A stretch of 57,872 nucleotides of DNA, from the NCBI GenBank assembly GCA_050010515.1, contig JBEKKX010000015.1, forward strand, positions 1-57,872. The letters are read 5' to 3'. Below are positions 38,016 through 47,795 of this stretch, one piece after another (position 1 is the stretch's first letter; every line of letters starts with the position of its first letter). Below the pieces are notes generated by a model. That model worked only from the letters and a program-made list of their open reading frames with translations. It did no database searches and was not told where the DNA came from. The position numbers were made by a program, and so were the translations under genes. The DNA is from Candidatus Bathyarchaeia archaeon (GTDB taxonomy: Archaea; Thermoproteota; Bathyarchaeia; Bathyarchaeales; Bathycorpusculaceae).

Positions 38016-38402
38016 TTGACGATTATTGACACCACCGTTATGATTGCTTTATTGAAAGGAAAGCCAGATACCGTCAAGAAAATTAACGAGCTACTAGACA
38101 AGAATGACACAATCGCCATTACAGTCATCACAGTTTACGAACTGCTAAAAGGCGCGTATCTTTCATCCAGACGCCAAGAGAACCTATTGGATGTGAAAAA
38201 AGCGATTTCCAACATTCAAATATTAGATTTGTCACCTGAAGCATGCGCAGAAGCTGCTGGAATTTACTGTGAACTAAAAAACGCAGGAAAATTAATCAGC
38301 GAATTTGACATTCTTATTGCAGCGATTGCTAAAACTAACGGTGAACCTATCCTTACACATGATCAACATTTTAAAGCTATACAGGGATTGCGGCTAATCT
38401 GA
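38016..38402 (+). CDS. vapC: PIN-domain toxin
   Basis: IDTTVMI, DILIAAIA and THDQHF motifs. Confidence 0.9.
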   Translation: MTIIDTTVMIALLKGKPDTVKKINELLDKNDTIAITVITVYELLKGAYLSSRRQENLLDVKKAISNIQILDLSPEACAEAAGIYCELKNAGKLISEFDILIAAIAKTNGEPILTHDQHFKAIQGLRLI

Positions 38403-38543
38403 TGGTAATCAACTTCAACCATTTTTGTAAGCCAATCTTAAGAGGATTCAAACCCGCCCGAAACTCCAATTAACTCTGCTATTTAGTCTTTGGCTTGTCG
38501 AAATGTATAAGAGAAAATCTCTATTCTGAAATAGCTAAGGCTC

Positions 38544-40832
38544 ATGTCTTTGCGCGTAAAAATAAACGTCACCGGCATTGTTCAAGGCGTCGGTTTCCGC
38601 CCATTCATCTACCGCTTAGCCACAAAAAACGGTTTGGCAGGTTACGTTCGCAACCGAGGCGATGCGGGAGTAGAAATTCTCTTGGAAGGCGACGCACAAA
38701 GTGTCAAGAGTTTTATGCGTGATTTGACTGAGAAGAAGCCGCCTTTAGCGCAAATTGACGCGGTTAAATCCACTGAGCTTTCAGGCAAAAATCAATATGA
38801 CAAATTTACGATTTACAAGAGCTCTGAGGAAGCGGAGCTTTCAGGCTCAATAATACCGCCAGACATCGCCATATGCAACGAGTGCCTCGCTGAACTGCGA
38901 GACCCAAAAAACCCACGTTACGAATACTTCTTTATCACCTGCACCAATTGTGGTCCACGCTTCACAATTATCGAGCGATTGCCATACGACCGAGAAAACA
39001 CCACCATGCGTGAGTTTCCCCTCTGCAGCTTCTGCCAAAAAGAATACAATGATCCAGCAAACAGGCGGTTTCACGCGCAAACCGTGGCTTGCCCAGAATG
39101 CGGTCCAAAAGCCTACTTAACAACACAAACGGGCGAACCAATCAAAGCTAAAGACCCAGTGCGTGAAGCGGGAAAACTGTTATCCGCAGGCAACGTGCTT
39201 GCAATAAAAGGCTATGGCGGCTTCCACATTGCAGCATCCACCATACAAGAGACGCCTCTGAAAGCACTTCGAACAACGAAGCATAGGCGCGAAAAACCCT
39301 TCGCCATCATGGCAAAAAGCCTAGAGGCAGTAAAAAGCTTCGCCGAAGTAAGTTCGAAGGAGCAAAAACTGTTATCTTCCCCAGCACGCCCAATAGTACT
39401 GCTAAACAAAAAACGCAGTTACAATCTTTCACCTTTGGTTGCGCCGAACCTGCATAACGTCGGTGTCATGTTGCCCTACACTGGCTTGCACTACATGCTT
39501 TTTGACCAAGTTGATGACTCGGCATTTGTGATGACCAGCGCCAACCCGCCAAATCAGCCTATCGTGAAAGATAACGATGAAGCACTCAAAACATTAGGCG
39601 GCACAGTGGATTATTTTTTGTTTCACAACCGCAAAATTGCCCACCGATGCGACGACTCAGTCATGCGCCTTCATGGAAATCGCCAAGTTTTTCTTAGGCG
39701 AAGCCGAGGTTACGCTCCAGCACCAATCAGGCTCAAAGCTAAATCAAAACGGTGCGTCGTCGGTTTAGGCGGCGAACTAAACAACACAGCCTGTGTTTTG
39801 CTTGATGATAAAGCATTCATCAGCCAACACATCGGCGATGTAGAAAACGTAGAAACCCGCGTTTTTCTTCAAGAAGCCACAAATCACCTCTACCAGTTAA
39901 CTAACTGTCATGCGGAAACCGTGGTTTGCGATTTGCACCCGAAATTCACAACGACCATCCTTGCCAAAGAGATGGCGGAAGCGGACGGTTCACCGCTGAT
40001 TCAGGTGCAACATCACCATGCTCACGCCGCCGGTTTAATGGCTGAACACAACTTGGAAGAGGCTGTTACTGTTGTTTGCGACGGGTACGGCTACGGAACT
40101 GACGGCGGGGCTTGGGGTGGCGAAATCTTGTTTTGCACGCGTGAGTCGGCGAAGTTTAAGCGGCTGGGGCATCTGGAACCGCAACCGTTGCTTGGTGGAG
40201 ATGTGGCTAGCCGTTACCCCTTGCGTGTAGCCGCTGGAATGCTCGCTAAAGCTGGCGTAGAGGTTGAGCCTTGGCTGATGCAGAACAGTGGGCATTTGCC
40301 TTTCGGCGAAACTGAAGCCAACCTGATTATTGGCCAACTTTCAAGAGGCTTTGGAACGGTTGAAACTACGAGTTGCGGCAGAGTTTTAGACGCTGTTGCC
40401 GCCGTTTTAGGCGTATGTTACGAGCGCAGTTATGAGGGTGAACCAGCCATGAAACTGGAATCAGCGGCGGTAAATGGCAAGGTCGCTTTAAGCCTAAAGC
40501 CCATTGTGCATGGAGACACGCTGGATACTACAACTTTGCTGAGGTCAATATTCGAAAACAAAGAAAAATTATCCATAGGCGATTTAGCTTATTCTGCTCA
40601 TGCTTACTTAGCAAAAGGTTTAGCTTCTTTAGCGGTAGAGAAAGCTTTGGTGCTAGGCGTTAGAGACGTTGGATTTTCGGGTGGCGCTGCTTGCAATCAG
40701 ATACTTGCTAAAGTCATGCGTGAGACTGTTGAGGAAGCTGGATTGAGGTTTCTGGTTCATGAAGCTGTTCCAGCTGGAGATGGGGGGGTTTCGTTCGGTC
40801 AGGCAGTTGTAGGTGGATTTTCACGGTTTTAG
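38544..40832 (+). CDS. hypF: [NiFe]-hydrogenase maturation carbamoyltransferase
   Basis: GIVQGVGFRPF, Zn fingers, QHHHAH and DGGVSFGQ motifs. Confidence 0.96.
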   Translation: MSLRVKINVTGIVQGVGFRPFIYRLATKNGLAGYVRNRGDAGVEILLEGDAQSVKSFMRDLTEKKPPLAQIDAVKSTELSGKNQYDKFTIYKSSEEAELSGSIIPPDIAICNECLAELRDPKNPRYEYFFITCTNCGPRFTIIERLPYDRENTTMREFPLCSFCQKEYNDPANRRFHAQTVACPECGPKAYLTTQTGEPIKAKDPVREAGKLLSAGNVLAIKGYGGFHIAASTIQETPLKALRTTKHRREKPFAIMAKSLEAVKSFAEVSSKEQKLLSSPARPIVLLNKKRSYNLSPLVAPNLHNVGVMLPYTGLHYMLFDQVDDSAFVMTSANPPNQPIVKDNDEALKTLGGTVDYFLFHNRKIAHRCDDSVMRLHGNRQVFLRRSRGYAPAPIRLKAKSKRCVVGLGGELNNTACVLLDDKAFISQHIGDVENVETRVFLQEATNHLYQLTNCHAETVVCDLHPKFTTTILAKEMAEADGSPLIQVQHHHAHAAGLMAEHNLEEAVTVVCDGYGYGTDGGAWGGEILFCTRESAKFKRLGHLEPQPLLGGDVASRYPLRVAAGMLAKAGVEVEPWLMQNSGHLPFGETEANLIIGQLSRGFGTVETTSCGRVLDAVAAVLGVCYERSYEGEPAMKLESAAVNGKVALSLKPIVHGDTLDTTTLLRSIFENKEKLSIGDLAYSAHAYLAKGLASLAVEKALVLGVRDVGFSGGAACNQILAKVMRETVEEAGLRFLVHEAVPAGDGGVSFGQAVVGGFSRF

Positions 40833-40881
40833 ACCAATTTCTTTTTATCGCCGTTTAATGCGTGCTTAATAATTGATAAGT

Positions 40882-41106
40882 ATGTGTTTAGCAATTCCCG
40901 CCAAAGTAATGAACATTGATGGCAGCAAAGCCAACGTGGATTTCGGTCAAGGCGTTTTAAGAGAAGTTAACGTGTCGCTTGTTGAGGCTAAAGTGGGCGA
41001 TTACGTTCTGGTTCACGCTGGCTATGCTATTCAAGTTATTGAAGAAAAAGAAGCCTTAGAAACCCTGAGCTTATGGAATAGCATTCTTGAAGCTAGCTCA
41101 GAATAA
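40882..41106 (+). CDS. hypC: Hydrogenase assembly chaperone
   Basis: MCLAIPA and VLVHAGYAI motifs. Confidence 0.95.
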   Translation: MCLAIPAKVMNIDGSKANVDFGQGVLREVNVSLVEAKVGDYVLVHAGYAIQVIEEKEALETLSLWNSILEASSE

Positions 41107-41127
41107 AGCGGCGGGTGAGCGATAGGC

Positions 41128-42216
41128 ATGGCTGAAAACCTAAAGTTCAGAAACCCCGAACTGGCGCAAAATATAGCGGCAAAAATCAAAAGTTTGTCAC
41201 CGAAAGCTGGAAAAACAAAAATCTGTCATGTCTGCGGAACCCACGAGTGGACTATAACTCATTATGGCTTGCGTAGTCTTTTGCCTGAGGACGTTGAGGT
41301 TATTGCTGGTCCAGGATGCCCCGTTTGCATTGTGCCAGCGGCTGAAATTGATGAAGCTGTACAGTTAGCGCAGATGGGCATCGTGGTCACATGTTTCGGT
41401 GACGTGTTGCGAGTGCCAGGCAGCAAAATGTCGCTTTTAGAAGCTAAAGCAGGTGGCGCTGACGTCAGAATTGTATATGCGGTTTCTGACGCGGTTGAAA
41501 TGGCAAAACATGAGCCCCAGAAGCAGTTCGTGTTTTTCGCGGTCGGTTTCGAAACCACTGCTCCGTCAACGGCGGTTGAAGCGCTCGGCAACCCGCCGAA
41601 AAACCTTAGTTTTCTAGTTTCTCACCGTTTGATTCCTCCAGCCATGGAGTTGCTGCTCGGTGTGGGCGATTTGCAGATTGACGGTTTCATTGCGCCAGGG
41701 CATGTGAGCGCGATTATTGGTTTGAAGCCTTATGAGTTGTTTCCAAGGGTTTATCGGATGCCTACGGTTGTGGCTGGTTTTGAGCCCATTGACGTGTTGA
41801 TGGCTATTTATATGATTGTAAAGCAGCAGAGCGAAGGGACAGCTAAGCTGGAGAATGAGTATCCGCGTGTGGTTAAGCCTGAAGGCAACATTCGGGCGCT
41901 GGAAATGATGAATAAAGCATTCACTGTTACAGGCGGCAACTGGCGTGGCATCGGTAGACTTCCAGACTCAGCATTGCAGTTGCGTGAATCGCTTGCAGAT
42001 TACGATGCAAGGTTAAAATATGGTGTCCATGTAGAGCAGGGCAAAGATATCCTGCTTGGCTGCGAATGCCACCTTGTAATCATCGGAAAAATCAAACCGA
42101 ACCAGTGTCCCATGTTCATGAAAGCCTGCACGCCTGAGAAACCTGTTGGCGCATGCATGGTGAGCAGTGAAGGCACCTGCAGGGTTTGGTCGAAAAACGT
42201 GGCTACCGAGGCTTAG
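41128..42216 (+). CDS. hypD: Hydrogenase formation protein
   Basis: VCGTH, GPGCPVC, GFETT and CMVSSEGTC motifs. Confidence 0.96.
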   Translation: MAENLKFRNPELAQNIAAKIKSLSPKAGKTKICHVCGTHEWTITHYGLRSLLPEDVEVIAGPGCPVCIVPAAEIDEAVQLAQMGIVVTCFGDVLRVPGSKMSLLEAKAGGADVRIVYAVSDAVEMAKHEPQKQFVFFAVGFETTAPSTAVEALGNPPKNLSFLVSHRLIPPAMELLLGVGDLQIDGFIAPGHVSAIIGLKPYELFPRVYRMPTVVAGFEPIDVLMAIYMIVKQQSEGTAKLENEYPRVVKPEGNIRALEMMNKAFTVTGGNWRGIGRLPDSALQLRESLADYDARLKYGVHVEQGKDILLGCECHLVIIGKIKPNQCPMFMKACTPEKPVGACMVSSEGTCRVWSKNVATEA

Positions 42217-43280
42217 CAGATTCTTGGCACTGGGTCGCCTATGGGTCTTGCGATTATTCTTTTGCCGCCTACCAGTGTTTGCATGGCGGCGCCTTTGAAT
42301 TGTGTTGTGGCTTCGCCGATTATCTGCGCGTTTTTTCCCTCTTCCGTCTGCTTTAAAAATTCTAGGGCTTGCTGAGCCTTCTGAGGAACGATGCCAATTA
42401 TGATTTTTCCCTCATTCCCAACTTCCAGTGGGTCTAAACCAAGCATATCGCATGCCGCCTGTACGTCCTCTCTGATGGGCACTTTGTCTTCGTTGATTAA
42501 TATGCCAACTTTCGATTTCTCAGTCCACTCATTAAGCGCATCAGCTAAGCCACCTCTGGTCGGGTCCTTCATAGCGACAACTCCGCCAACCTCGCCCAAA
42601 AGCCGTTGAATCATGCGGTTAAGCGGTTTCACATCAGATTTAATTCCGCTCCCAAAAGTCAATCCCTGCTGCGCCGAAAGCACTGCTAATCCGTGGTCGC
42701 CGATGGTTCCTGACAGGATTATTTTGTCGCCCGCCACAAGGTTCGAGTCAAGTGTCCAGCGCGAAGCGACGTTTCGGTATTGCCTCGCCACTTTTATGTC
42801 GCTGTCTAAGGCTGGGGTTCTTTTGCCGATTCCTGAAACGTTCATGACAAGGCCGCCTAAACTGCCCTTCTCAACCACTTTAGTGTCGCCCGTGACGATG
42901 CCAACGCCTGCTTCGATGCAGGTTTCTCGCATACTCACCAAAATCCGCTCCAAATCCGAGAGTAGCAAGCCTTCTTCCAAAATAAACCCGCAAGCCAACG
43001 CATAAGGTTGTGCGCCCATTGCTGAAATATCGTTAACGGTGCCTGAAATTGCCAAGCGTCCAATGTCGCCGCCTGGGAAAAAAATTGGCTTAACTGCGTG
43101 AGAATCACTCTTAAACACGACGTCGCCGATGACTGCGGCGTCATCCATCGCTTCCAGCGGCACCTCAGCATCGTTACCTAAGCCGCCAAAATATTTTACT
43201 ATGTAGTTTTTGACTAAGTTGTGCATGACTGTGCCTCCAGCGCCATGCAGCATCGTGATTTTCTCGTTTTTAGTTGCCAT
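42213..43280 (-). CDS. hypE: Hydrogenase maturation dehydratase
   Basis: HGAGG, GDTKV, DPTRGG and C-terminal PRIC. Confidence 0.96.
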   Translation of the reverse strand: MATKNEKITMLHGAGGTVMHNLVKNYIVKYFGGLGNDAEVPLEAMDDAAVIGDVVFKSDSHAVKPIFFPGGDIGRLAISGTVNDISAMGAQPYALACGFILEEGLLLSDLERILVSMRETCIEAGVGIVTGDTKVVEKGSLGGLVMNVSGIGKRTPALDSDIKVARQYRNVASRWTLDSNLVAGDKIILSGTIGDHGLAVLSAQQGLTFGSGIKSDVKPLNRMIQRLLGEVGGVVAMKDPTRGGLADALNEWTEKSKVGILINEDKVPIREDVQAACDMLGLDPLEVGNEGKIIIGIVPQKAQQALEFLKQTEEGKNAQIIGEATTQFKGAAMQTLVGGKRIIARPIGDPVPRIC

Positions 43281-43612
43281 TCAATTGCTTCCTATTATTC
43301 AAGTGCAGTAGCAAATATCGCGTAGGTAAACATAAACGTTTTAGAAATATGAACTATTCAAAACGAAAAAACCCCCAAATAGGCGGCTGATGCTTTATGT
43401 GTGCTGAGCATTAAGATAGAGCGCTTGCTGCAATTTAGGAAAATTTTTATGGTGTGTTTGCCGATATGTGGATTCTTATGAAAAAAGAAGATATCTCAAG
43501 TTTCAACGGCTTGTCTTAACAATTGAGACCACGTTATGGAACAAACATTTGAAGTTGAGTCAATCGAAGAGCTTATAGGGGAAGTGATGGTAATGGCATA
43601 TGGTGATTCCAT

Positions 43613-43849
43613 TTGGAAGTCGCTATTGACAAGCAAGGACGCATAGTCATACCAAAAGAAATCAGAGAGAAATACGGTCTTTCGCAGGAAGGTAAATTAG
43701 AACTGGTAGCCCGCGAAGACGCTATCGAGCTGATTCCGTTAACTGAAGAAGACGATTTGGCAATTCGTTCTCTAAGAGAGCCTTGTAAGACGGGTAGCCC
43801 AGAAGCATGTGACAAGCTTTTCTCGCGGGAGAAGGCTTGGAAACGATGA
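43613..43849 (+). CDS. vapB: AbrB-family antitoxin
   Basis: IDKQGRIVIPKEIREKYGL motif. Confidence 0.85.
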   Translation: MEVAIDKQGRIVIPKEIREKYGLSQEGKLELVAREDAIELIPLTEEDDLAIRSLREPCKTGSPEACDKLFSREKAWKR

Positions 43850-44292
43850 GAATTATCGACGCAGATATCCTTTCCTACGCTCTCTTCCAGAAACATGATG
43901 CTCACCCATACTGTTGGTCGCTACTGCAGAATGCAATTCACGGTAAGACAAATGCAGCAATCGCTACTGCGAATCTGTTGGAAGCATATCATGCACTAGT
44001 AGAAGATTATGGTGTGGAAAGGGAAGAAGCATCGTATAAACTTGATGCGCTGACTAGAAGCAAAAGAATACGACTTTTACCCTTAACGGTTGATATCGCC
44101 CGAAAAGCCCTAGAAATAGCCAAACTTCACAAGGTCAGGTCTTTTGACGCGAACCTGATAGCTTCTGCAGAAATAAATGGGATATCCGTGATCGTAAGCA
44201 ACGACGCCCATATCGCTAGACTATGCAAGGAGCGAGGTCTTATCATCGAAAATCCGATACCTAAAGAAGCGGCAAAGAAAATGAGGCTTTAG
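43837..44292 (+). CDS. vapC: PIN-domain toxin
   Basis: IIDADIL, DANLIASA and VSND motifs. Confidence 0.85.
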   Translation: METMRIIDADILSYALFQKHDAHPYCWSLLQNAIHGKTNAAIATANLLEAYHALVEDYGVEREEASYKLDALTRSKRIRLLPLTVDIARKALEIAKLHKVRSFDANLIASAEINGISVIVSNDAHIARLCKERGLIIENPIPKEAAKKMRL

Positions 44293-44386
44293 AGCGCATT
44301 ACTGCTTTTGACACAAATGCAACGCTAGTCTGAAAGCAAAGTGTTTTGCTGAAACGAGCAAGACATAGGACCAAAATTAAGTACTG

Positions 44387-44414
44387 TGGCGGGCGGGGAG
44401 GGATTTGAACCCGC
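44387..44414 (-). other. Isolated tRNA 3'-end fragment (possible att scar)
   Basis: GGGTTCAAATCCCTCCCCGCCCGCCA with no upstream D or anticodon arm. Confidence 0.6.
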
Positions 44415-44520
44415 ATGGTACAGGCGCGAACTTTTTCTAACATTTAGAAAATTGCCATTTTTAGTTAGTGAAGAGATAGCTTTTTTAGGTAAGAAAGTAA
44501 GATTACGTTAGGTAATGTAA

Positions 44521-44811
44521 ATGGCTCAGAATGAAAAAGCCGACCTTACGATTCTTAGTGAAAAAGGCCAAGTTGTTATACCTGCAAAAATAAGGTTACG
44601 AATGGGCTTGAAACCTAAAACAAAATTCCTCGTCTATGCGTACAATGACTCAGTTATACTGAAAAAATTTGAAGAGCCTGACTTATCAAAAGAGCTTGAA
44701 GCCATGTACAAAAGAGTCGATGAAAGAATCGCAAAATACGGCGAGCTTTCAAACGACGAGATAAACCAGATAATCCATGAGCATAGGCAAAAGAAAAAAC
44801 GTTCAAAGTGA
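44521..44811 (+). CDS. AbrB-family antitoxin
   Basis: LSEKGQVVIPAKIR motif. Confidence 0.82.
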   Translation: MAQNEKADLTILSEKGQVVIPAKIRLRMGLKPKTKFLVYAYNDSVILKKFEEPDLSKELEAMYKRVDERIAKYGELSNDEINQIIHEHRQKKKRSK

Positions 44812-44821
44812 CAACCACAGA

Positions 44822-44863
44822 ATGAAAATGGTCCTTGACACAAACGTCTTAGTTTCAGCTTAA
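44822..44863 (+). pseudogene. Truncated PIN toxin (first 13 codons only)
   Basis: MKMVLDTNVLVSA* directly after the antitoxin. Confidence 0.7.
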
Positions 44864-45224
44864 CCACGTAAACCTCGAAATCCAGCAAACCTCGCCTCAA
44901 AAAGTCGCAACTTTCACACAGGCAAAAGTCGCAACATAATTATTTTCACAATCAGCTAATTTGTTAAACATTTTTTTTACTCAGATTTCAACCGTAAACA
45001 TCAGAGCCAACAACACAAAAAACGCCACTATATAGAACTAATACCTTTTTTTGGCAAAACTATAAAAGCTTAAACGCAATCCCAAAATTGTACACCTCGC
45101 GAAACGAAATTCATCCCTCTATTCGGGGAACTTTACTAGTCGGTTTAGACTAAAATCTTAGTTGTGATACGGAAAGCCATATAAATTGCTTTTACGTGTT
45201 TGATTGCGCATCGGAGATGTAATA

Positions 45225-45713
45225 ATGCCAAAATGGGGATACTCAATAATCGAAGAAATGCTTGATCCAGAAAAAACAGCGAAAGCAAGCGGTAGAGAAC
45301 TCAAAGTATCCCATAAAGCGGCAAGAGAAGTCTGCAAAGCAATCAAAGGCATGATGCTAAACGATGCGAAACAGTATTTGCGGGATGTCGCAGCCAAAAA
45401 GAAAGCTGTTCCCTACACAAGATACAATAAAAAACTGCCCCATCGCCATGGGCTCGTAAATAGCTTTTGTGGACGATACCCAATTAAAGCTTCACAACAA
45501 ATCCTCGACGTTCTAGGATCGGCCCAGTCTAATGCTGAAAATAAAGGTTTAGACGTAGACAGGTTGCGCATAATTCACGCAGCAGCCTATCAAGGCATGA
45601 AATTGAAGCGTTATGCGCGAAGAGCGCACGGTAGATCTTCACCAAAATTTGACACTACAACGCATGTCGAAATAGTTCTAGACGAGAAACCCACCGCCCA
45701 AGGAGAACAATAA
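45225..45713 (+). CDS. rpl22: 50S ribosomal protein uL22
   Basis: AREVCKAIKG, GRYPIKA and RAHGR motifs. Confidence 0.95.
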   Translation: MPKWGYSIIEEMLDPEKTAKASGRELKVSHKAAREVCKAIKGMMLNDAKQYLRDVAAKKKAVPYTRYNKKLPHRHGLVNSFCGRYPIKASQQILDVLGSAQSNAENKGLDVDRLRIIHAAAYQGMKLKRYARRAHGRSSPKFDTTTHVEIVLDEKPTAQGEQ

Positions 45714-46442
45714 ATGAGCATAGTCAAACGTTTTATAACAGAATCAATCAAAAGAACAGAAATAGATGAATTTTTACAAAAAAAACTTGACCGAGCCGGA
45801 TACGGCGGAGTAAACATTTCCAAAACTCCGCTTGGAACACATGTTGTAATTTACGCTATGCGTCCAGGTTTAGTCATCGGCAGAGGCGGAGAAACAATAA
45901 AAGAACTCGCTTCAGCCCTAGAGCAAAACTTCAAAGTTTCCAATCCTCAGATTTCAGTTTCAGAAATCGAAGTTCCAGAATTCAACGCTTACGTGGTCGC
46001 GTCACGAGTTGCCTCAGCGCTTCAGCGAGGCGTTCACTTTAGGCGCGCAGGTTTTTGGGCATTAAATCAAGTTATGGATGCAGGTGCCCTTGGCGCTGAA
46101 ATAGTTATAAGCGGAAAACTTAGCACAGAACGAGCACGTTTTGAAAAGTTCAGAGCTGGCTACTTCCCACGATGCGGAGAACCAGCTTTAGTAGCTATGA
46201 GAAAGGCTGAAGCTCATGTACAATTAAAACCAGGCATTATCGGCGTAAGAGTAAAAATCATGCCGCCGGACGCGTATTTCCCTGATAGAATCAAAATTCT
46301 CGAGGTAGCGCCCGAGGAAGAAAAAATAGCTGTTCCAGAGCAAGCACCACCTCAAACTAAAGAAGAGTCTCAGGCAGAGCCAGAAGCAGAAGTGCAAGCA
46401 ACAGAAATCGCAGAGGAACCAAAAGAGGAGGCAAAAAAGTAA
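45714..46442 (+). CDS. rps3: 30S ribosomal protein uS3 (acidic C-tail)
   Basis: RPGLVIGRGG and GIIGVRVKIMPP motifs. Confidence 0.96.
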   Translation: MSIVKRFITESIKRTEIDEFLQKKLDRAGYGGVNISKTPLGTHVVIYAMRPGLVIGRGGETIKELASALEQNFKVSNPQISVSEIEVPEFNAYVVASRVASALQRGVHFRRAGFWALNQVMDAGALGAEIVISGKLSTERARFEKFRAGYFPRCGEPALVAMRKAEAHVQLKPGIIGVRVKIMPPDAYFPDRIKILEVAPEEEKIAVPEQAPPQTKEESQAEPEAEVQATEIAEEPKEEAKK

Positions 46443-46748
46443 ATGGCAAAAATGCGAATCAAAGAAATCGTCGACATGTCCTCTGAAGATAGAACAAAGC
46501 AACTTGTTGATTTACGCGTAGAACTATCCCGTATCAGAACCATGATTAACGCAGGCGGAGCAGTTGAAAACCCAACAAGAGTAAGGGAACTGCGAAAAAC
46601 AATCGCTCAAATATTAACAGTGGAAAACGAGAATAAATTGGGCATTAGGAAAGTCTTCCAGGAACCTGAGAAGAAACAAAAGAAAAAAGCGGATAAGCCA
46701 GCAAAGAAGCCTGAGGCTGAAAAAGAAACTGAGGAGACTTCCCAATGA
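46443..46748 (+). CDS. rpl29: 50S ribosomal protein uL29 (extended C-tail)
   Basis: ENPTRVRELRKTIAQILT motif. Confidence 0.92.
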   Translation: MAKMRIKEIVDMSSEDRTKQLVDLRVELSRIRTMINAGGAVENPTRVRELRKTIAQILTVENENKLGIRKVFQEPEKKQKKKADKPAKKPEAEKETEETSQ

Positions 46749-47026
46749 AAGTAACCCCCGATATTATTCGTTATGAGTTTATTGGCACTGAAGGCAAAGT
46801 CGCCAGAAGCCCTCATGAATGCTACGTTGGCTTAAGCGGCAAAGTCATTGGCGAAACAAAAAACACTTTCACTTTCCTACGGGAAGGGCAAACGAAGAGT
46901 GTAATTAAAGAATCAGCCGTCTTCAACTTTAAGTTTGATGATGGCACAGTTGTAGAGATTGACGGTAAACTTTTAGTCGGCAGATCTGAGGATCGACTTA
47001 AAAAAAGCATCAAGAGGTTATGGTAA
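46745..47026 (+). CDS. rnp1: RNase P protein Rpp29/Pop4
   Basis: EFIG, GKVIGETKNT and GRSEDRLKK motifs; conserved position. Confidence 0.9.
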   Translation: MKVTPDIIRYEFIGTEGKVARSPHECYVGLSGKVIGETKNTFTFLREGQTKSVIKESAVFNFKFDDGTVVEIDGKLLVGRSEDRLKKSIKRLW

Positions 47027-47346
47027 TGTCATTATCTTTTAAGCAACCTAAAAAAACATGTGATGACCGAAACTGTCCATTCCATGGGACTCTTGCAATA
47101 AGAGGGCGTGTGCTCGACGGCATAGTCCACACGGCTAAAATGGATAAAACCGTTATAGTTGACAGAGAATTCTTACAGTTCTCATCGAAATTCCAACGGT
47201 ACGAACGAAGGCACGGTCACATTGCATCTCATAACCCACCTTGTATCGATGTTAAAGAAGGCGACAGAGTAAGAATCGCCGAGTGCAGACCAGTCAGCAA
47301 AACCGTATCTTTTGTTGTGGTTGAAAAATTAGGAGAGGAAAAGTAG
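47020..47346 (+). CDS. rps17: 30S ribosomal protein uS17
   Basis: CDDRNCPFHG and ECRPVSKTVSFVV motifs. Confidence 0.96.
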   Translation: MVMSLSFKQPKKTCDDRNCPFHGTLAIRGRVLDGIVHTAKMDKTVIVDREFLQFSSKFQRYERRHGHIASHNPPCIDVKEGDRVRIAECRPVSKTVSFVVVEKLGEEK

Positions 47347-47787
47347 ATGGCGGCAAAGGCAAAACAGAGAGCACTTGTAGCAAAAGGAATGCTTTCACAC
47401 GGACAAAAAATTAGCCGTGGTCTTTTATCAGGTTCAGAATTAAAGTGCGCCGATAACACGGGTGCACGAGTACTGCGCTTGATTCAAGCCATGGGTTATA
47501 AAGGTCGTCTGCGACGTTACCCATCTGCCACTGTAGGCGATAAAGTAACGGTTTCTGTTAGGCAAGGGTCGCCTGACATGAGGAAAAAGATTTTCCAAGC
47601 AGTAATTGTTCGTCAAAGAAAAACTTTCAGACGCGTGGATGGTGTTTGGGTTCAGTTTGAAGATAACGCGGCAGTAATCATTACTCCTGATGGTGAAATG
47701 AAAGGTTCAGAAATAAGAGGTCCAGTAGCTAGAGAGGCAGCCGAAAGATGGCCAAGAATTGCAAGTGCCTCAAGCATAATAGTGTAG
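47347..47787 (+). CDS. rpl14: 50S ribosomal protein uL14
   Basis: CADNTGA and FEDNAAVI motifs. Confidence 0.96.
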   Translation: MAAKAKQRALVAKGMLSHGQKISRGLLSGSELKCADNTGARVLRLIQAMGYKGRLRRYPSATVGDKVTVSVRQGSPDMRKKIFQAVIVRQRKTFRRVDGVWVQFEDNAAVIITPDGEMKGSEIRGPVAREAAERWPRIASASSIIV

Positions 47788-47795
47788 GTGCAAAG

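Noticed and set aside
38441-38465. Possible second tRNA fragment (ggattcaaacccgcccg)
   Set aside because: Too degenerate; no T-stem or CCA.
38544-43280. hypE convergent with hypFCD
   Set aside because: Variable hyp gene order is common in archaea, and all four genes are intact.
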